From Octopus bimaculoides (Eukaryota): DNA of 64,000 nt. The stretch spans positions 64,461,282 to 64,525,281 of the forward strand of contig NC_068988.1 in the NCBI RefSeq assembly GCF_001194135.2. The letters are read 5' to 3'. The position numbers were made by a program, and so were the translations under genes. Every line of letters begins with the position of its first letter. Position 1 is the stretch's first letter. The notes beneath the pieces are model-generated. The model was not told the DNA's origin. It saw only the letters and a program-made list of their open reading frames with translations, and searched no databases. Shown here piece by piece: positions 24,066 to 36,605 of this stretch.

Positions 24066-25467
24066 CTATTTTATGTTAGGAAAGGCATCCAAACATAGAA
24101 ACCATGCCAAAGCAGACACTGGAGCCTGATACAGACCTCTGCCTTCCCAGCTCCTGTCAAACTGGCCAACCCATACCAGCATGGAAAACAGTTGTCAACT
24201 GATTGATGTGTATATATATATATGCATCACAACAATTGTGTGTATGTATTTTTCTGTATGCATATATTTGCATGTGTATGTATGCACTTGTGTACATATG
24301 TTTGCATTTGCATGTCTGTATGCATGTGTACAATCATATTTTTCTTATGTATTCTCTTTGCACATAAAACCAAGTGTTTTATCATTTCACCAGTAAATGT
24401 ACAATATGTAAATTGATCTAGCCATTTTCAGCTGAACTACTAGTTTGTGATTAATTTAAATAGCTGCTACTATAAAGTTTTTTTCATAGGCAATAGGGTG
24501 ATTGCTGTTTGGTGTCCAAAGAGTGGTCAACCACCCATGAAACCTGTCAGGATAATCTCATTTATTTTTTGATACTGAAAGAATAATTAAGTGTGTTCAC
24601 ATTTGTTTACTTTCCACAGTGTAGGTGGTAAAAACTGTAACCTAACTATATCGAGTTTATATTAGGCTTTCTAGTGTATGAGTGTTTGGCAGAACAAATA
24701 GAAATAGAACTCAATATATGGGTACATATGTGTGTGTATTATATACAATATGTTTATATATACTTATACATACAGCTGTGTGTATGCATACATATATATA
24801 GATTGTATTTGCTTGTGTATATTCGCATTTATATGCTCATATATTTATAAGACTATATCTATATATATATGCATACAGACAGCTTCCCTCTCCATTTCAC
24901 TCTCTCTCTCCCCATCCCCACCACCTACAAACATATAATGTTTGTTTGTCCCACATGTGGTATATGTAAAAAGAACATTTCATCCATTCTCTCCTTTCGA
25001 TCAATAACAGGGACGAAAATGGAAATGTCTTTTTCTGTCCAAATATAAATTTGAACTGACCGATCCATATATTCTGTCCATTTTCTCAGACTATTGCCAG
25101 TGAAATCAGCCGAAAATTGTTAATCCCTCCTATTTTTTCCCTATATATATATAATGCCTATATATAATATTATATATGTATTTATATATAATATGTGTGT
25201 TTGTAATGTGATTTGTGTGTTTATCAATAAATATATATATAGAATGTGTGTGTATGTGTATACATGCCTTAATACACACATATGGACATATGGAACCATT
25301 GTCTCCAAAAATAATTGTCCTCTGTATATGCTCGGAAATATCTATATTCATCTATTATTAGTCAATTCCCTTTCGTTATTTTTCTCTCCCCTTCTGCTAC
25401 CCTCTCTGAATATCCTTGAGTTATTTCCTCGCCCACTTCCCTCACACTCACACTCTCCTCTTTGATC

Positions 25468-25498
<31 letters not shown>

Positions 25499-25726
25499 CC
25501 CACCTCCTCCCCTCTCTTTTACTGTCCCTTTCTAACAGATGGATAGATATATAGATAGAGAGAGAGAGAGTTGGGTGTAACTGACCGAATTGCAACAAGC
25601 ACAGGAACAACATTTCCATTGAGTTCAAGCTCGAGGTCACCTCTGCACATTTCACTATTCCAACTCAACTTCTGCAACAATATAACAAGATCTAATTTTA
25701 TACATACGCACATTCATATACATACC

Positions 25727-25778
<52 letters not shown>

Positions 25779-26386
25779 CACATACACACACACAGATATA
25801 TATACATAGTAATCACTCGCCATATTGCAATTCAACTATCGTACCCTCATTACGTCGCGGATTTTTCTGGCTAATATATGTAAATATATATCACAGACTC
25901 CTCAGTATATTGCAGGTCTCTGCAGCCGATGGGTATTTATATTTTTTTAGATTTTAATTATTTCTGTGGTAAAATAAAAGCGCAGGAGTGGCTTGCTTAC
26001 CAACCACATGGTTCTGGGTTCAGTCCCACTGCGTGGCACCTTGGGCAAGTGTCTTCTACTATAGCCTCGGGCCAACCAAAGCCTTAGAGATGGTGTGGAG
26101 GTAACAAGCAAGTGATGGTGAGAGATATTGGAGTGTCTCAGAAGTGGTAGATGCAATGATAACTAGGTGAGGACTTGGAGAGTAATAGCAGAATAAGAGA
26201 GGGGTGAAGGAAGGCGAATGTGTGTGCATGTGCACAATATGGTTAGGCAGGTAAGATCATTAACCACTGTTAAGCATAGGTCACAGGTTCAAATCATCCG
26301 ATTTCTTTGTTTCTTCAGTGTTTCTTCATGAACAAGATATTGAATTTATTCTCCATGTTCTCAGTTTGTTTCATTATCAGGAATTC

Positions 26387-26602
26387 TAGAGGGTGCTGAG
26401 AAGTTCCTAGCTTTGGGTAAAAGAAAATACAGGAGGATCAATTAATTATGATTTTATCCAATATATTCCCCTCTCAGATTCATTCACTTATTGCAGTGGT
26501 CTTTCAGTTTTTCCTAAGCCCTGTAAAAGAGCTTGGAAGGTTAGGCCTCTAGCCAGGCCTTTCACAATACCCTTAAATCCAGGAACTTTCAGCACCCCTT
26601 CA
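26387..26602. mobile_element. Tc1/mariner-like MITE
   Basis: TA-GAGGGTGCTGAGAAGTTCCT ... AGGAACTTTCAGCACCCCTT inverted termini; a related fragment is at about 61309-61420. Confidence 0.65.
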
Positions 26603-26859
26603 AATATATCAGATCATCTGAAATTATTACCAGTTATAGACCAGCAGCATTAAATATTAATTTGTTCTTGTAATGATCAAAGGTATTCCAGATGTGACTA
26701 TCCTGTTTTATTAAATTTCGGGAATATTGTAATTGTAACCAGACACTCAAAATTTTTCTCTCTCTTGCCTCTCTCTTATACTAATCTGCTTCTCTCTCTC
26801 CTTTCACTTACACTCAGTAAGGGAGAGTGAGAGAGATCTAAATGCAGTCACTCTCTCTC

Positions 26860-27234
26860 TCTCTTCTAGTCAAATTTCTCACTCTTCCACTCGGATCTCT
26901 CACTCTCTTCTAATTGGATCTCTCGCTGTCTTCCACTTAGGTCTTTCCCTCTCTTCCACTCAGATCTCCCGCACTGTTCCAATTGGATTTCTCACTCTCT
27001 ACCAGCTGGACCTCTTGCTTTCTTCCAATTGGATCTCTCACTCTCCTCCACTCAGATCTCTCTCTCTCTCTCTTCCAATCAAATCTCTCACTTTCTTCTA
27101 ATTGGATCTCCCACTCACTTTCAGTTGGGTTTCTCACTCTCTTCCAATCAAATCTCTCACTCTCTTTCAATTGGATCTCTCACTTTCTTCTAATTGGATC
27201 TCCCACTCACTTTCAGTTGGGTTTCTCACTCTCT
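26860..27234. repeat. CT-rich minisatellite (about 23-bp TTCCAATTGGATCTCTCACTCTC) with higher-order duplication
   Basis: More than 10 degenerate units running into an N gap. Confidence 0.85.
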
Positions 27235-27814
27235 TNNNNNNNNNNNNNNNNNNNNNNNNNNNNNNNNNNNNNNNNNNNNNNNNNNNNNNNNNNNNNNNNN
27301 NNNNNNNNNNNNNNNNNNNNNNNNNNNNNNNNNNNNNNNNNNNNNNNNNNNNNNNNNNNNNNNNNNNNNNNNNNNNNNNNNNNNNNNNNNNNNNNNNNNN
27401 NNNNNNTACCCTACATATCATAAAGACCTATTTCCAGGCCCCTTTCATCACCATCGCACCCCCCACCGTATCCCCACCACAATCCAACTATTCAGTATTA
27501 ATTAGACACTGGCTCAATTATAGATCAATATATTTCTTTCTAATTGATTCTTGATAAAACAGGAAACCAGCAAATAGCCGACATTTTTCTTTCATAAGAA
27601 AAAAAAAAAGTGTTTCCTTAAAATTAAACGATGTCTTTAACGAAGCATTTCACAGATGGATTAATGTTAGAATAAATTTTAAAAAAAAAATAAAAAACGA
27701 TGGATAAAAGCTGAATGGTAAAATGTATTAATTACTTCTGATATAACGAGGTATCAGGTTTGAGTCCCACTTAGCATTTTATGCTTAGCATTTCCATTAT
27801 GGTTCGACGCACAC

Positions 27815-27847
<33 letters not shown>

Positions 27848-27965
27848 TTAGCTTTTTTCATGTTCAATTCATTATCAGCACCAGCGCCTCCTGGTGGACA
27901 TTGACATTAAGCAATAAGGAATTCTGTTGTATAATGGGGGGATCATTATACTAATAATAACCATA

Positions 27966-28374
27966 GGCACTGGAGTGGCTGTGTGGGAAGTAGCTTACTT
28001 ACCAACGACATGGTTCCGGGTTCAGTCCCACTGCGTGGCATCTTGGGCAAGTGTCTTCTACTATAGCCTCAGGCCGACCAAAGCCTTGTGAGTGGATTTG
28101 GTACACGGAAACTGAAAGAAGCCTGTCGTATATATGTATATATATATATGTGTGTGTGTGTGTTTGTTTGTGTGTCTGTGTTTGTCCCCCCCTAGCATTG
28201 CTTGACATCCGATGCTGGTGTGTTTATGTCCCGTCACTTAGTGGTTCAGCAAAACAGACCAATAGAATAAGTACTAAGCTTACAAGAAATAAGTCCCAGG
28301 GTCGATTTGCTCGACAAAAGGCGGTGCCCCAGCATGGCCGCAGTTAAATGACTGAAACAAGTAAAAGAGTAGAG
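27966..28374 (+). mobile_element. SINE family B, best full-length copy
   Basis: tRNA-like head (TGGCTGTGTGG..AAG; GGTTCAGTCCC), TTGGGCAAGTGTCTT box, central (TA)n(TG)n, and a tail ending TGACTGAAACAAGTAAAAGAGTA. Further copies are at about 60-305, 3060-3200, 13330-13600, 17140-17420, 20095-20355, 25980-26085, 30548-30975, 41901-42324, 47917-48025, 49020-49490, 50179-50590, 52146-52534, 58520-58672, 61000-61710 and 62205-62385. Confidence 0.9.
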
Positions 28375-28615
28375 TATGCACTGGTTCAATTTCTTGCATT
28401 TGACAGAGAAATCTGAATGCTATAAAGGGTTAACTATCCTACCTGCTTTGTTAAAAGTGGCCAAATCCAGCCTCTCACACTTCGCCTTCAATGTCATTCC
28501 AAAACTATGCAATTGTGTCATCGAAATCGCCAAGCCAGTTGGTTAATTGTTTAACCAACCAACCAGCCAACTAATTGATCACTTTCTTAATCAGCTGATT
28601 AAGCCATCAGTCAGT

Positions 28616-28845
28616 TTAACCCTTTTGTTGCTGTATTTATTCTGAGATGTTCTGTGTTTCCTTCAGTTATTTTGAATATAACAAAGAATTTAGTAAAATA
28701 ACTTAGTTATCCTTAAGCTAGTGTTAGGAGCATAAATTGTGACTAAGGTTTGGGGGAATATTTTAATTTTAAACTTAAGAAAACAACGCATTTGTACTAC
28801 AGAGCCAGAGCCGGTTTTGGCCTGGTTGGTAACGAAATGTTTGAA
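28616..28845. mobile_element. TTAA-type (piggyBac-like) MITE
   Basis: Starts TTAACCCTTTTGTTGC; degraded right end GTAACGAAATGTTTGAA. Confidence 0.55.
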
Positions 28846-30725
28846 CACAAGAGTTCACATCAAGAATCTTACAAAACCAGATACAAAAATGTGATGAATT
28901 TGTTGCTCCTGATGTGTGTGTGTGTGTGTGTTTCTGGATTCATTCCTACTGCATGACACCTTCAGTGGGTATCTCGTACNNNNNNNNNNNNNNNNNNNNN
29001 NNNNNNNNNNNNNNNNNNNNNNNNNNNNNNNNNNNNNNNNNNNNNNNNNNNNNNNNNNNNNNNNNNNNNNNNNNNNNNNNNNNNNNNNNNNNNNNNNNNN
29101 NNNNNNNNNNNNNNNNNNNNNNNNNNNNNNNNNNNNNNNNNNNNNNNNNNNNNNNNNNNNNNNNNNNNNNNNNNNNNNNNNNNNNNNNNNNNNNNNNNNN
29201 NNNNNNNNNNNNNNNNNNNNNNNNNNNNNNNNNNNNNNNNNNNNNNNNNNNNNNNNNNNNNNNNNNNNNNNNNNNNNNNNNNNNNNNNNNNNNNNNNNNN
29301 NNNNNNNNNNNNNNNNNNNNNNNNNNNNNNNNNNNNNNNNNNNNNNNNNNNNNNNNNNNNNNNNNNNNNNNNNNNNNNNNNNNNNNNNNNNNNNNNNNNN
29401 NNNNNNNNNNNNNNNNNNNNNNNNNNNNNNNNNNNNNNNNNNNNNNNNNNNNNNNNNNNNNNNNNNNNNNNNNNNNNNNNNNNNNNNNNNNNNNNNNNNN
29501 NNNNNNNNNNNNNNNNNNNNNNNNNNNNNNNNNNNNNNNNNNNNNNNNNNNNNNNNNNNNNNNNNNNNNNNNNNNNNNNNNNNNNNNNNNNNNNNNNNNN
29601 NNNNNNNNNNNNNNNNNNNNNNNNNNNNNNNNNNNNNNNNNNNNNNNNNNNNNNNNNNNNNNNNNNNNNNNNNNNNNNNNNNNNNNNNNNNNNNNNNNNN
29701 NNNNNNNNNNNNNNNNNNNNNNNNNNNNNNNNNNNNNNNNNNNNNNNNNNNNNNNNNNNNNNNNNNNNNNNNNNNNNNNNNNNNNNNNNNNNNNNNNNNN
29801 NNNNNNNNNNNNNNNNNNNNNNNNNNNNNNNNNNNNNNNNNNNNNNNNNNNNNNNNNNNNNNNNNNNNNNNNNNNNNNNNNNNNNNNNNNNNNNNNNNNN
29901 NNNNNCATTTCCCCTCCCCTCCCCCTCTCTCTCTGAAGGACTCTTATCTCTTTCTTTCCATGTCTCTCTTGAAGCATTCTCTGAAGTACTTTCACTCCTC
30001 TTTTCTCTCTCTCTCTGTTTCCCTGAATTACTGAATTTTTGTCTAAAGCACCCTCACCCCCCCTCTCTCTCTCATATTCTCATACCTGCTCCCCCTCTTT
30101 TTGAAGCTTTCCTTTTTTCCACTCTCTCCTATACTCCCTCCCTATTCCTCACTACTTCACCCTCACCACCTCTCTCTACCCTCACACACTGACAGTACAA
30201 TCGTTCAGACCCAGCTACAACAACTATTACGTCACTGGACAGTGATGGTCACATATGGACACATTGGTATTTCATGTAACAACCACTTTAAAGGTTAAGG
30301 GTTTCTTATCCACTCTCAAAGTGAGTACAAAGTGTACACAGTCTTTATTGCTAAGGCCTTTAATTTTCATCAGCTCAGTATGCTCAGCAGTCAAAAGGTA
30401 ACACCCATACCAGCCGCAAACAATAGGAGCAATTGTCGCTTTATTAGTTTGTGTTTAATTCAAACCTTATAGTGGTTCTTAACTAGGATTCATATGACCC
30501 TTAGGGTTCAATATAAGACTGTTTTATTAAAATTCATGAGCAATATAGGCGCAGGTGTGGCTGTGTGGTAAGTAGCTTGTTTACCAAACCACATGGTTCC
30601 GGGTTCAGTCCCACTGTGTGGCACCTTGGGCAAGTGTCTTTTACTATAGCCTTGGGCCGACTAAAGCCTTGTGAGTGGATTTGGTAGACGCAAACTGAAA
30701 GAAGCCCGTCGTGTGNNNNNNNNNN

Positions 30726-30763
<38 letters not shown>

Positions 30764-31365
30764 TGTGTGTGTGTGTATGTGTTTGTTTGTGTCTGTTCGT
30801 ACCCCGACCATCACTTGACAACTGATGCTGGTGTTTACTTCCCCATAACTTAGCGGTTCGGCAATAGAGAATAAGTACTAGGCTTATAAAGAATAAGTCC
30901 TAGTGTTGATTTGTTCAACTAAAGGCAGTGCTCCAGCATGGCCACAGTCAAATGACTGAAACAAGTAAAAGAAAAGAAAGAACAATATATTTTAACAAAA
31001 CTCTGCAATACACCAAATATTTTGACAATTTTTTTAAAAATACAATCCCTAATAATATATAACAATAATTCTTTCTATTGGAAGCACAAGGCCTCAAATT
31101 TGGAGGAAGGGATTAAGTCGATTACATCAACCCCAGTGCATAACTGGTACTATTTAATCAACTCTCAAAGGATGAAAGGCAAAATTGACCTCAGCAGAAT
31201 TTGAACTCAGAACATAAGGATGGAGGAAATACTGCTAGTCATTTTGACAGAATAATGTGCATGTTAAGGGGTTAATGTAAGAGCAGCTAAGAGGGACACG
31301 TATGCATCATTGTCATTATATGTTCCTTTATGCTTGCACAGGTTGGCTAGGTCTCAGAGTAAATC

Positions 31366-31885
31366 CAGCGCTGGGTTAACCATTAAATAAAATAAGCACA
31401 TGTTTAGGGCTTCAAGGCAAGGGGCAGCACCACAGAAATGGTAAATGGTCTACATCAGGGGTTTTCGAACTGTGGTCTGCTGACCACAGAGGGTCCGCAA
31501 GGACAAGACAGGGTGTCCGTGGACAGCAAATACTTTTTATGGGCAATTTGATTTTATATATGTTTTTTAATCGAAATCTTTTAATTGACAATAAACCTAT
31601 TTGTTAAATACTGTTAAATAAATAAATGTAAAAATATATGTTATTTTAAGCAGATATTTATGTATAAATTTCATAAGTGTTTATAAGGGGTTCCCTAAGG
31701 TAAAGCCTGAAATATAAAGGGGTCCGCAAGTCAAAAAGTTTGAAAACCCCTGGACTACATCATAATAGAAATTATTTAAAACTTGCTGAAATAATATTTG
31801 AACTGGTTTACATGATTGGAAATATAATTTCGAAGTGTTCATTGTGTTATAGTGAGGATCTGATCAAAAACTTTGGTCAAAGACT
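31366..31885 (+). mobile_element. Second copy of the 15845 hAT derivative, interrupted by another hAT MITE (31456-31752)
   Basis: CAGCGCTGGGTTAACC start and homologous body. The insert has 16-bp TIRs CAGGGGTTTTC(G/A)AACT and an 8-bp TSD GTCTACAT/GACTACAT. Confidence 0.8.
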
Positions 31886-32576
31886 TTGCCACAATCTGAT
31901 CGAAGACTTTGGAGAAGACCCGTCAAACCAAGTGAAATTGTAGTTGTGGCTGATGCCAGTGTCACGTAACTGGGAGCCATGAGGGGACTGGAACAATGTA
32001 TAATTAAGTATTTTGCTCAAAAACAGAGTGACATTATCCAGTCTGGGAATTGAAACCAGGAACTTATACTTTCTAGACCACACACCTACACCTAAAAATA
32101 TAACTGTACCAATGAAACATATGAACTGAACAGGGTGGTCAAAACTGGAATGAATGCTTTGGATATTTTAGTTCAAGATATACTAATTCTGAATAAAGTT
32201 GAGATGGTCGTGGCTAGAACGCCTTTGATCACAGGACATCTGGATCAGAGATGACCTATGGCTAAACAAAAAATGACAACAACAATGTTTACAGGGTTTT
32301 TTGTTGTTTGTTATTTTGTGTCCTTGTCCCCCAGTGAATAAACAAAACAATCAACTAATTTTAATGTGGTTACTATGACAACAGGCACAGGAAGCTACTG
32401 ACGCACAGACAGACAAGTGCAGAAACAGCAGCAGCTGTTGGTATACTGACTGTGCAGCTTAGTTGCACTTTACTGCATGGTTACTACTCTTACCACAACC
32501 TTTACTACCACCACTGTTGTTCAAACAAAAGAGGGAGCTTGTATATTGTCATGTGTGCGTGTCTGTGTATATATAC

Positions 32577-32607
<31 letters not shown>

Positions 32608-32683
32608 TAGATATGCATACAAACACATGTATACATCCATATATGTATACATGCACACATAATATATTATGTATGCGTGTGTG

Positions 32684-32737
<54 letters not shown>

Positions 32738-33034
32738 ACACATTCATATACACACACACATGTATGTTGACACACACACTCACACACAATTTGACATTAA
32801 GCATTAGGAAGTGCATCCAGCCAAAGAAACCATGCTGCAACAGACAATTGGACAACTCCCCAGCTGATCAGCTGCATGTCAAATCATCCAACTCATGCCA
32901 GTATGGAAAACTGGACGTTAACTGATGATTATGAAGGCTCCAAAATGGTGCACATTCTCTCCTGATGATCCAGTAAGCTTGCTAGTGTCCATTATGCAGC
33001 GCTTTCAACCAGAAGCACTTGTATCTGCAAAATG

Positions 33035-33320
33035 AGGTGACGAACTGGCAGAATTATTGGCATGCTGGACACAATGCTTAATGGCGTTTTGTCCTTCTTT
33101 AGATTCTGCGCTCAAATTCCACCAAGGTCGACCCTTTCACCAAGGTCGACCCTTTCACCAAGGTCGACCCTTTCACCAAGGTTGCACCAGCATTGCCTCT
33201 TTCGTCTTTTCACGGTTGATGAAATAGTTAATTGCCAAGCACTGGGGGTGGGGAGGTCAGTGTAATTGACTAACCAGCTCCCTCAAAATTTCAAGGTTTG
33301 TGCCTCTTGTAGAAAGGAAT
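33035..33320 (+). mobile_element. Diverged SINE A with an internal 18-bp tandem expansion
   Basis: ACCAAGGTCGACCCTTTC repeated 3 times plus a partial unit at 33121-33182. Confidence 0.75.
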
Positions 33321-33324
33321 AATG

Positions 33325-33725
33325 TTTGATAGATAGACAGATGGATGGATGGACGGATAGATGGATGGATGGACGGATGATAGATAGATAGACAGACGGA
33401 TAGATAGATAGATAGCTAGATAGATACATTTCTTTTATTAGCCACACAGGGCTCAACAAAGATGGGACAAATACAATGTAGAGCTTTTCTTTTTGGGAGG
33501 GGGAAAGAAAAAAAAAAGTAGGGGTGAGTCGATCAAAAGGGATCAAGAAAAAAAAAGATAGATATATAGATAGACGGATGGATGGATGGATGGATGGATG
33601 GACAGACGGACGATAGACGGATGGATGGATAGATAGATGGATGGACGGACAGACGATAGACGGATAGATAGATGGATGGATAGATAGATGGATGGATGAA
33701 TAGATAGATAGATAGATAGATAGAT
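33325..33725. repeat. Compound (GATA)n/(GGAT)n microsatellites
   Basis: Directly visible in the sequence. Confidence 0.9.
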
Positions 33726-34463
33726 GTGTGTGTTTATGTATGTCTATGCAAATACTGATATTCAATGTCTTTGGTTATCACTGCCTGAGTGCGATGGTGC
33801 AGTAACGTTTACATTCCCTATTGACAGTACATTGCATCAATATACATTTCCAAGGACCAATGGAATAAAAATGAAAAAAATAAGCAAAATCCCTTACTTT
33901 GAAAAAGAGATAAGGGTTAGAAACAGGAACAGTGTCCAAACATAAAACACAGCTTCAAAAAAAACTTCCTTCCAACCCATGCTGGCATGGAAAAATGTGT
34001 GTAAAACAAACAATTGAATGATGTAAATATGAGGGCAGGTAACTGAAGAAAAGGTGACATTTAAGCTTATAAAGTTCAAAGCAATGCATTTTTGAATTGG
34101 TATTATAGAAAAAACAGTATGTTAAACCTTTATATTGCAACCTTCAAGACAAAAAACATGTCTTAGGTATTTAGGTTTTTTTTATTTTAAGGTTGGGATT
34201 TAAGGTTTAATAATAGTTTGTTTTTTTGGGGTTGTTTTGTCTTATTTCTTTTGCTACGTTAAAATAAAAACTATCAATGATTACTTTGATGTTTGATAGG
34301 TGAAATGTCAGCTTTTACTCACCTGTTCATTCCTTGAAAGGTGGGTAGATAAAGATGGAAAACAAGATATGGGACAATGAGATCAATATGTTGCTATGGA
34401 CAATCGTGGACTTGTATGGCTGTAGTATAAATTATTGATGGAAACTTCAGTGGTGGGAGGATA

Positions 34464-34521
<58 letters not shown>

Positions 34522-35139
34522 TATGCACATGCATCATCATTTCACATTCATTTTATGATGATGTTTGTATATATAGATATATGCATGCATATGCAGGCAC
34601 ATGCATGCAACAAACATGCCATCATACATGCATTCTCTTTCTCTATCTCTCTCTCTCACTCACACACACACACACACACACACACGTACATATGCACACA
34701 CATACATGCTCCTTTACTCACATGCTCTCTTTCTCTCTCTCAAGCACTCACAAACAAACACACAGTCATACATGCATGAGCTTTCACTCGCATGCCTTCG
34801 CATGCATTGAGACAGACAGACAGACAGACAGCCACATTGAAAGAAAACATGTAAAAATACTGATAGTGATAAACGATGAAAGGGATAATGGTGATGCTGA
34901 TGATGATGGTGTAGAATCTAAAATGATGGACAGAAGCCAGAGAATATTGCTGTAACATGGTTTATTATCAAATACATCAAGATAATTCTGTTATTAATGG
35001 TTCTGAGGGTTGAGCAACTTATTTAGCCAGAAAGATAATAAATCACTCGTAATAATACTAATACTACAACTAATAATAGTAATAATAACAATGGTAATGA
35101 TTTTTTTTGTTTTGTTTTGCACTGGCACAAGGCTACGCA

Positions 35140-35625
35140 TGCTGGAAAGGTGTAAATAGTCCATTGGCACTCTTATTGGGAAGGTCTAAATTGTCCATTG
35201 ATACAAATATTCTCTTATTGTGAAGATAAATAGTCCATTGGTGCAAGACTAATTACTGTGAAAAGGTAAATAGTCCACAGGTGCAAGGATACCTCTGTTG
35301 GGAAGTTGTAGATAGTCTATTGGCACAAATACAATCTAGTTATGAGGATAAATAGTCCTTAGGTACGAGGACACACCTATTAGGAAGCTGTGAGTAGGCC
35401 ATTGACACAAATACACTTATATTGGTGCATTGGGAAGCTGTAAATAGCCCATTGGCACAAATACAATCTTATTGTGAGGATAAATAGTCCATAGGTGCAA
35501 GGGCACACCTATTGGGAATCTGTAAATAGTCCAGTGGTACACTTATTGAAAAGGTGCTAAATAGTCCATTGGCACAAGGTTACACACTTATCAAGGAGTA
35601 AATAGTCTGTTAGTTCAAGGACATA
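35140..35625. repeat. Degenerate minisatellite with an AAATAGTCCATTGGCACAA core (about 35-45-bp period)
   Basis: More than 10 recurrences of (T)AAATAGTCC(A/T)(T/C)(T/A)GG(C/T)(A/G)CAA. Confidence 0.8.
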
Positions 35626-35699
35626 TTTATTATGATGGTGTAATTAGTTTAGGGTTAGTGTATCCAGTACATTATAAGTATATGTTTTGTGCCAGCATG

Positions 35700-35738
<39 letters not shown>

Positions 35739-36232
35739 CATTTACTTTCCAAGGTACGATGAGTTGGATGGTTTGATAGGAGCTAATTCTACTGTCTGCT
35801 TTGGTTTGGTTTCTGCTCTATACCATTTTACAGAGTGTACTGGGTGTTTTTTGCATGGTACCAACACCAGCAAGGTCACCAAGTAATTTGCTGTCAAAAC
35901 CCCTTAACTGAGATACATGCCCCTTGGAGGGCTTGTTTGAGAATTCTGCCCCCTATGAACCTCACAGAAACAGTGGGTTATGAAAATAAGAGAAGAACAT
36001 TTATATATTAATATAATAGTATTTGAACAGATATTGATATAGGTGTGTGAATGTATGTTTTTGTATAGATTCACATGCTTAGATACACATACGCATACAT
36101 GAGCATGTTTCTATATCCCTTGTACACAATTAGCAACACATGGACACATGTATAGGCACATGTACACATTCAGATAACCATAACGGTACCATAACAAAAG
36201 TTAAATAAAATTTAGCTTACAGTTCTATATTT

Positions 36233-36360
36233 AAGAGATGAGGAATTATGTACATTATTTACATTTGATGGATATATGTCCTCATCTTGTTTGTTGATAA
36301 CACAACGTTTTGGCTGATATACCCTCCAGCTTTCATCAGGTGTCTTGGGGAAATTTTGAG

Positions 36361-36399
<39 letters not shown>

Positions 36400-36542
36400 C
36401 ATCGAAAAATACCTCAGGAATGAGAACCCAGGTTCAAAATTTCCCCAAGTCACCTGATGAAGGCTGGAGGGTATATCAGCCGAAACGTTGTTAACAACAA
36501 ACAAGATGAGGACAAATATCCATCAAATGTAAATAATGTAAA
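36233..36542. mobile_element. Inverted dyad of the Penelope-type hammerhead-bearing repeat around (AAT)n
   Basis: Arms of about 110 bp at 36251-36360 and 36434-36540 are reverse complements, and each carries the hammerhead motif. Confidence 0.85.
36449..36495 (+). ncRNA. Minimal (dimer-type) hammerhead ribozyme motif with intact catalytic core
   Basis: CTGATGA (36454-36460), extra A, stem II GGCTG/CAGCC, GAAA (36482-36485), palindromic ACGT helix III, then GTT. Stem I is only 2 bp in this copy because of a small deletion. Confidence 0.6.
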
Positions 36543-36566
36543 ATTTAGCTTTAACAGAATTCAGTA

Positions 36567-36605
<39 letters not shown>

